Assembly: GCA_963695225.1 (NCBI GenBank)
Contig: OY968762.1
Coordinates: 2,915,521-2,979,520, forward strand
Direction of reading: 5' to 3'
DNA length: 64,000 nt
From: Vulcanimicrobiota bacterium
Lineage (GTDB): Bacteria; Vulcanimicrobiota; Vulcanimicrobiia; Vulcanimicrobiales; Vulcanimicrobiaceae
The notes below the pieces were generated by a model. It was given only the letters and a program-made list of their open reading frames with translations, searched no databases and was not told where the DNA came from. Shown here in pieces: positions 61,664-64,000 of this stretch. Positions within the stretch are counted from its first letter, which is position 1. Each line of letters opens with the position of its first letter. The position numbers and the translations under genes are program-made.

Positions 61664-63930
61664 AGAAAGGGTTCGAGCTCTACCAGCTCCCTCGCACCGT
61701 CGGTGATGGCCGCCTACATCCATTCGCGATCCTCGCAGTTGTGCTCGCGATCGTCGGCACGAACTTAGTCGCGACCGAAGTGGTCGCGATCGCGCTGCGT
61801 TACAATCCGACGCTTGGCCATGCGGTCTTCAGTGCCGGCCCGCTGCGCGTCTATGCCCCGTGGGCGTGGCTCGTGTGGGGATGGATGTTCCTTGACCCGC
61901 TCAGCGGCTACGACTACGCGCATCACGCCGGCCGTTGGCCGGACGTCGTCTACGCCGTGTATTGGCGCCTGCCCAACGTTTTCGGCGCGGGTGCGATCGC
62001 AACGATCGTCGCGCCGATCGCAGCGCAGCTCATTTTTGGGCGCCGGCGCCAGGATGTCGGCGAGCTCGTCGACTCGGCGCACTTCGCCGACACGGCCGAG
62101 TTGCGTGAAGCTGGCCTGCTCACGGCCGCCGCCGGGCCGATCATTGGCGCGTGGCCGTTGGGACCATTCGGGCTCTGGCGCAAGCCGATCCGCTATGCTG
62201 AGGCGCTCGGCATAAACTACATCGGGCCGAGCGGTGACGGCAAGAGCAGCTTCCTTCTCATCTCCAACCTGCTCGTACCGTTGCGCGACAGGCGCGCTCG
62301 CGCCTGGGATAGTCGCCGCCGGCGAGCCGAGACGTGGGGCGAGGAGCCGAGTTGGGTCATCTTCGATCCGACCGGCGAACTGTTCGAGAAGACCTCACGC
62401 TATCAGCGGGATATTCTCGGTAAGCAGGTTTTCAGGCTCGATCCGCTTTCGAGCGGCGACGGTCTTGCGAAGTGGAACCCCTGTTGGTCCATCGCGCTCG
62501 GCACCGACCGCGAGCAGCAGGGATGCCGCCGTGTGCTCACCGACATCATCGACCCGCAGGGACGCGGGCTCGTCACGTATTGGGACCGCGAGTCCTGCGC
62601 CTTTGGCGACGCGCTGATCGCGTTCATCGGCTACCAGAGCCTTTACATGAATGACCCCACGCTCTTTTCGCTGCCGGGACTGACCGATTACATCTCGCAG
62701 TTCGACACGATCGAGGACCTTTGTGACGACGTCATGGGGACGTACCACGACCCGCACGGTGTCTTCGGATGGACGACAGCCGACGGAAAGCCGACGAAGT
62801 ACCGGTCGTGGATTGTCGACGCGACCCGCATTATGCGCAACAAGGGCGACTCGCCCGAGGAGCGGCGAGGCGTCTTTTCGAGCCTCATCCAGCACCTTTC
62901 GCTGTACCGCGATCCCGTGCTGCGGCGCAATGTTTGCGAGAGCTCTTTTAGCTTCGCGGCGCTTGCGAACAGTGCGCGCGCCGGCGTCGTCTACATCGCC
63001 GCGCATCCGATGGACATCCCAATCTTGCAGCCGTACCTGCGCACCGTCACCCGAGCCGCGCTGCGCGAACTCATCGGCAAGACGAGGACCGACGGCGACG
63101 GCCGCACCGTGCGCGACAACGTGCGCGCCACGATCCTCGCGCTCGACGAGGCCGCCGTCCTCGGAAGGCTCGACGAACTCGAGCTCGTCGGTGGGTACCT
63201 CCGCAAGTTTGGCGTGATTTTGTGGCTCTTTTGGCAGGCCACGAATCAGCTTACACGCCTGTACCCGGAGGAGTCGTTCAGCGAAAATCTAGGCGTCCAC
63301 ATCTGGGGTCGGCCCCAGACGCCGAAGGCGGCCGAGCCGATAAGCGAATCGCTGGGGCAGTTCTCGACGCTGCTCACTCGCACGACGTCCTCCGGAAGCC
63401 GATGGAGCGCGACACCGCTCGATCACGTCTCTGCGAACGCCGATGTTACGACGCGCCAACTCCTCACGGTCAACGAAGTGTTGCGTCTGCCCCCGTCCCA
63501 GATTCTGATTCGCTGCGCCGGCTTGCTCATCCGAGCGCACAAGTACTTCTTCTTCCGGCAGCCGCAGCTTCGCCGGCGCGCCAAGATGGGCGCCGTCGAG
63601 CGCTCGGACGTCGCGACGACCGAGCCGCTCTTTCACACGGTCTTGCGTTCCGAGCTCGGCGAGGCGCGCTTCAAGCGTCTGCTGCAAAGGCCGGCTGCAC
63701 CCGACCTGCGGCCGCCGCCGCGGCCGCCGAAGCCGTCACCCACGCCGGAGCAGGCCGCGCAACTCGCTGCCGCCGCCGCAATCCGGGCTGTAACTGCGGC
63801 CGCCAAGGTCGTTGCCTCAGCGCAGCAGCCGACGAACGGCTCCGCGGCGCCTCCGCCGGCGGTTGCAGACGGAGTCGACGCGGTCGACGCGTTCCGGCAG
63901 CTCCAGGAGCGTCGCAGTGTGGGAAACTAG
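61660..63930 (+). CDS. type IV coupling protein (VirD4/TraG-like)
   Basis: N-terminal TMs, SAHFA...EL..AGL, GPSGDGKS, DPTGEL, LDEAAVLG, QATNQL. Confidence 0.9.
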   Translation: MKKGFELYQLPRTVGDGRLHPFAILAVVLAIVGTNLVATEVVAIALRYNPTLGHAVFSAGPLRVYAPWAWLVWGWMFLDPLSGYDYAHHAGRWPDVVYAVYWRLPNVFGAGAIATIVAPIAAQLIFGRRRQDVGELVDSAHFADTAELREAGLLTAAAGPIIGAWPLGPFGLWRKPIRYAEALGINYIGPSGDGKSSFLLISNLLVPLRDRRARAWDSRRRRAETWGEEPSWVIFDPTGELFEKTSRYQRDILGKQVFRLDPLSSGDGLAKWNPCWSIALGTDREQQGCRRVLTDIIDPQGRGLVTYWDRESCAFGDALIAFIGYQSLYMNDPTLFSLPGLTDYISQFDTIEDLCDDVMGTYHDPHGVFGWTTADGKPTKYRSWIVDATRIMRNKGDSPEERRGVFSSLIQHLSLYRDPVLRRNVCESSFSFAALANSARAGVVYIAAHPMDIPILQPYLRTVTRAALRELIGKTRTDGDGRTVRDNVRATILALDEAAVLGRLDELELVGGYLRKFGVILWLFWQATNQLTRLYPEESFSENLGVHIWGRPQTPKAAEPISESLGQFSTLLTRTTSSGSRWSATPLDHVSANADVTTRQLLTVNEVLRLPPSQILIRCAGLLIRAHKYFFFRQPQLRRRAKMGAVERSDVATTEPLFHTVLRSELGEARFKRLLQRPAAPDLRPPPRPPKPSPTPEQAAQLAAAAAIRAVTAAAKVVASAQQPTNGSAAPPPAVADGVDAVDAFRQLQERRSVGN

Positions 63931-64000
63931 CGTCCGCCTCGAGCGCGAGCGGAGCCGGGAACTGGCGCACGGTGCGTTGCTCGATCGGCTCCTCGGGCCG

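Larger units (their letters stand above)
40627..64000. mobile_element. integrative conjugative element inserted at tRNA-Leu 3' end (right end outside window)
   Basis: Integrase remnant and excisionase next to tRNA, relaxase, oriT, VirB/VirD4 genes, more AT-rich cargo. Confidence 0.88.

Overview
High-GC bacterial chromosome segment; a diderm soil lineage such as Eremiobacterota is a guess from gene content. Bases 1-40.3 kb are mostly core genes: a ketosynthase/cyclase/flavin-oxidoreductase/methyltransferase cluster with an ABC exporter and AttH-like lipocalin, ppx-phoP-phoR and pstSCAB1B2, tRNA-fMet, add, mntR, rhomboid, dinG, acs, hrcA-dnaJ-rsmE (with a variant CIRCE), accD-accA, a septum initiator, rpiR and a second ppx. 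The standout is a 265-aa ORF at 23080-23877 that reads as a bacterial gasdermin, with no activating protease next to it and no N-terminal palmitoylation Cys. Other notable items are a tRNA-Leu(UAA) split by a 216-nt group I intron and a tandemly amplified GTAG-REP/REPIN-like branched hairpin. An integrative conjugative element starts at the tRNA-Leu 3' end and runs off the window. It carries an internally deleted integrase, an excisionase, a candidate GHKL-ATPase/nuclease + HNH defence pair, a chimeric MOBP relaxase-helicase-TOPRIM, an IncP-like oriT, traKLM-like genes and a rearranged VirB/VirD4 system with a TrbK-like entry-exclusion candidate. All family calls come from motif reading and recalled family knowledge; no searches were run.
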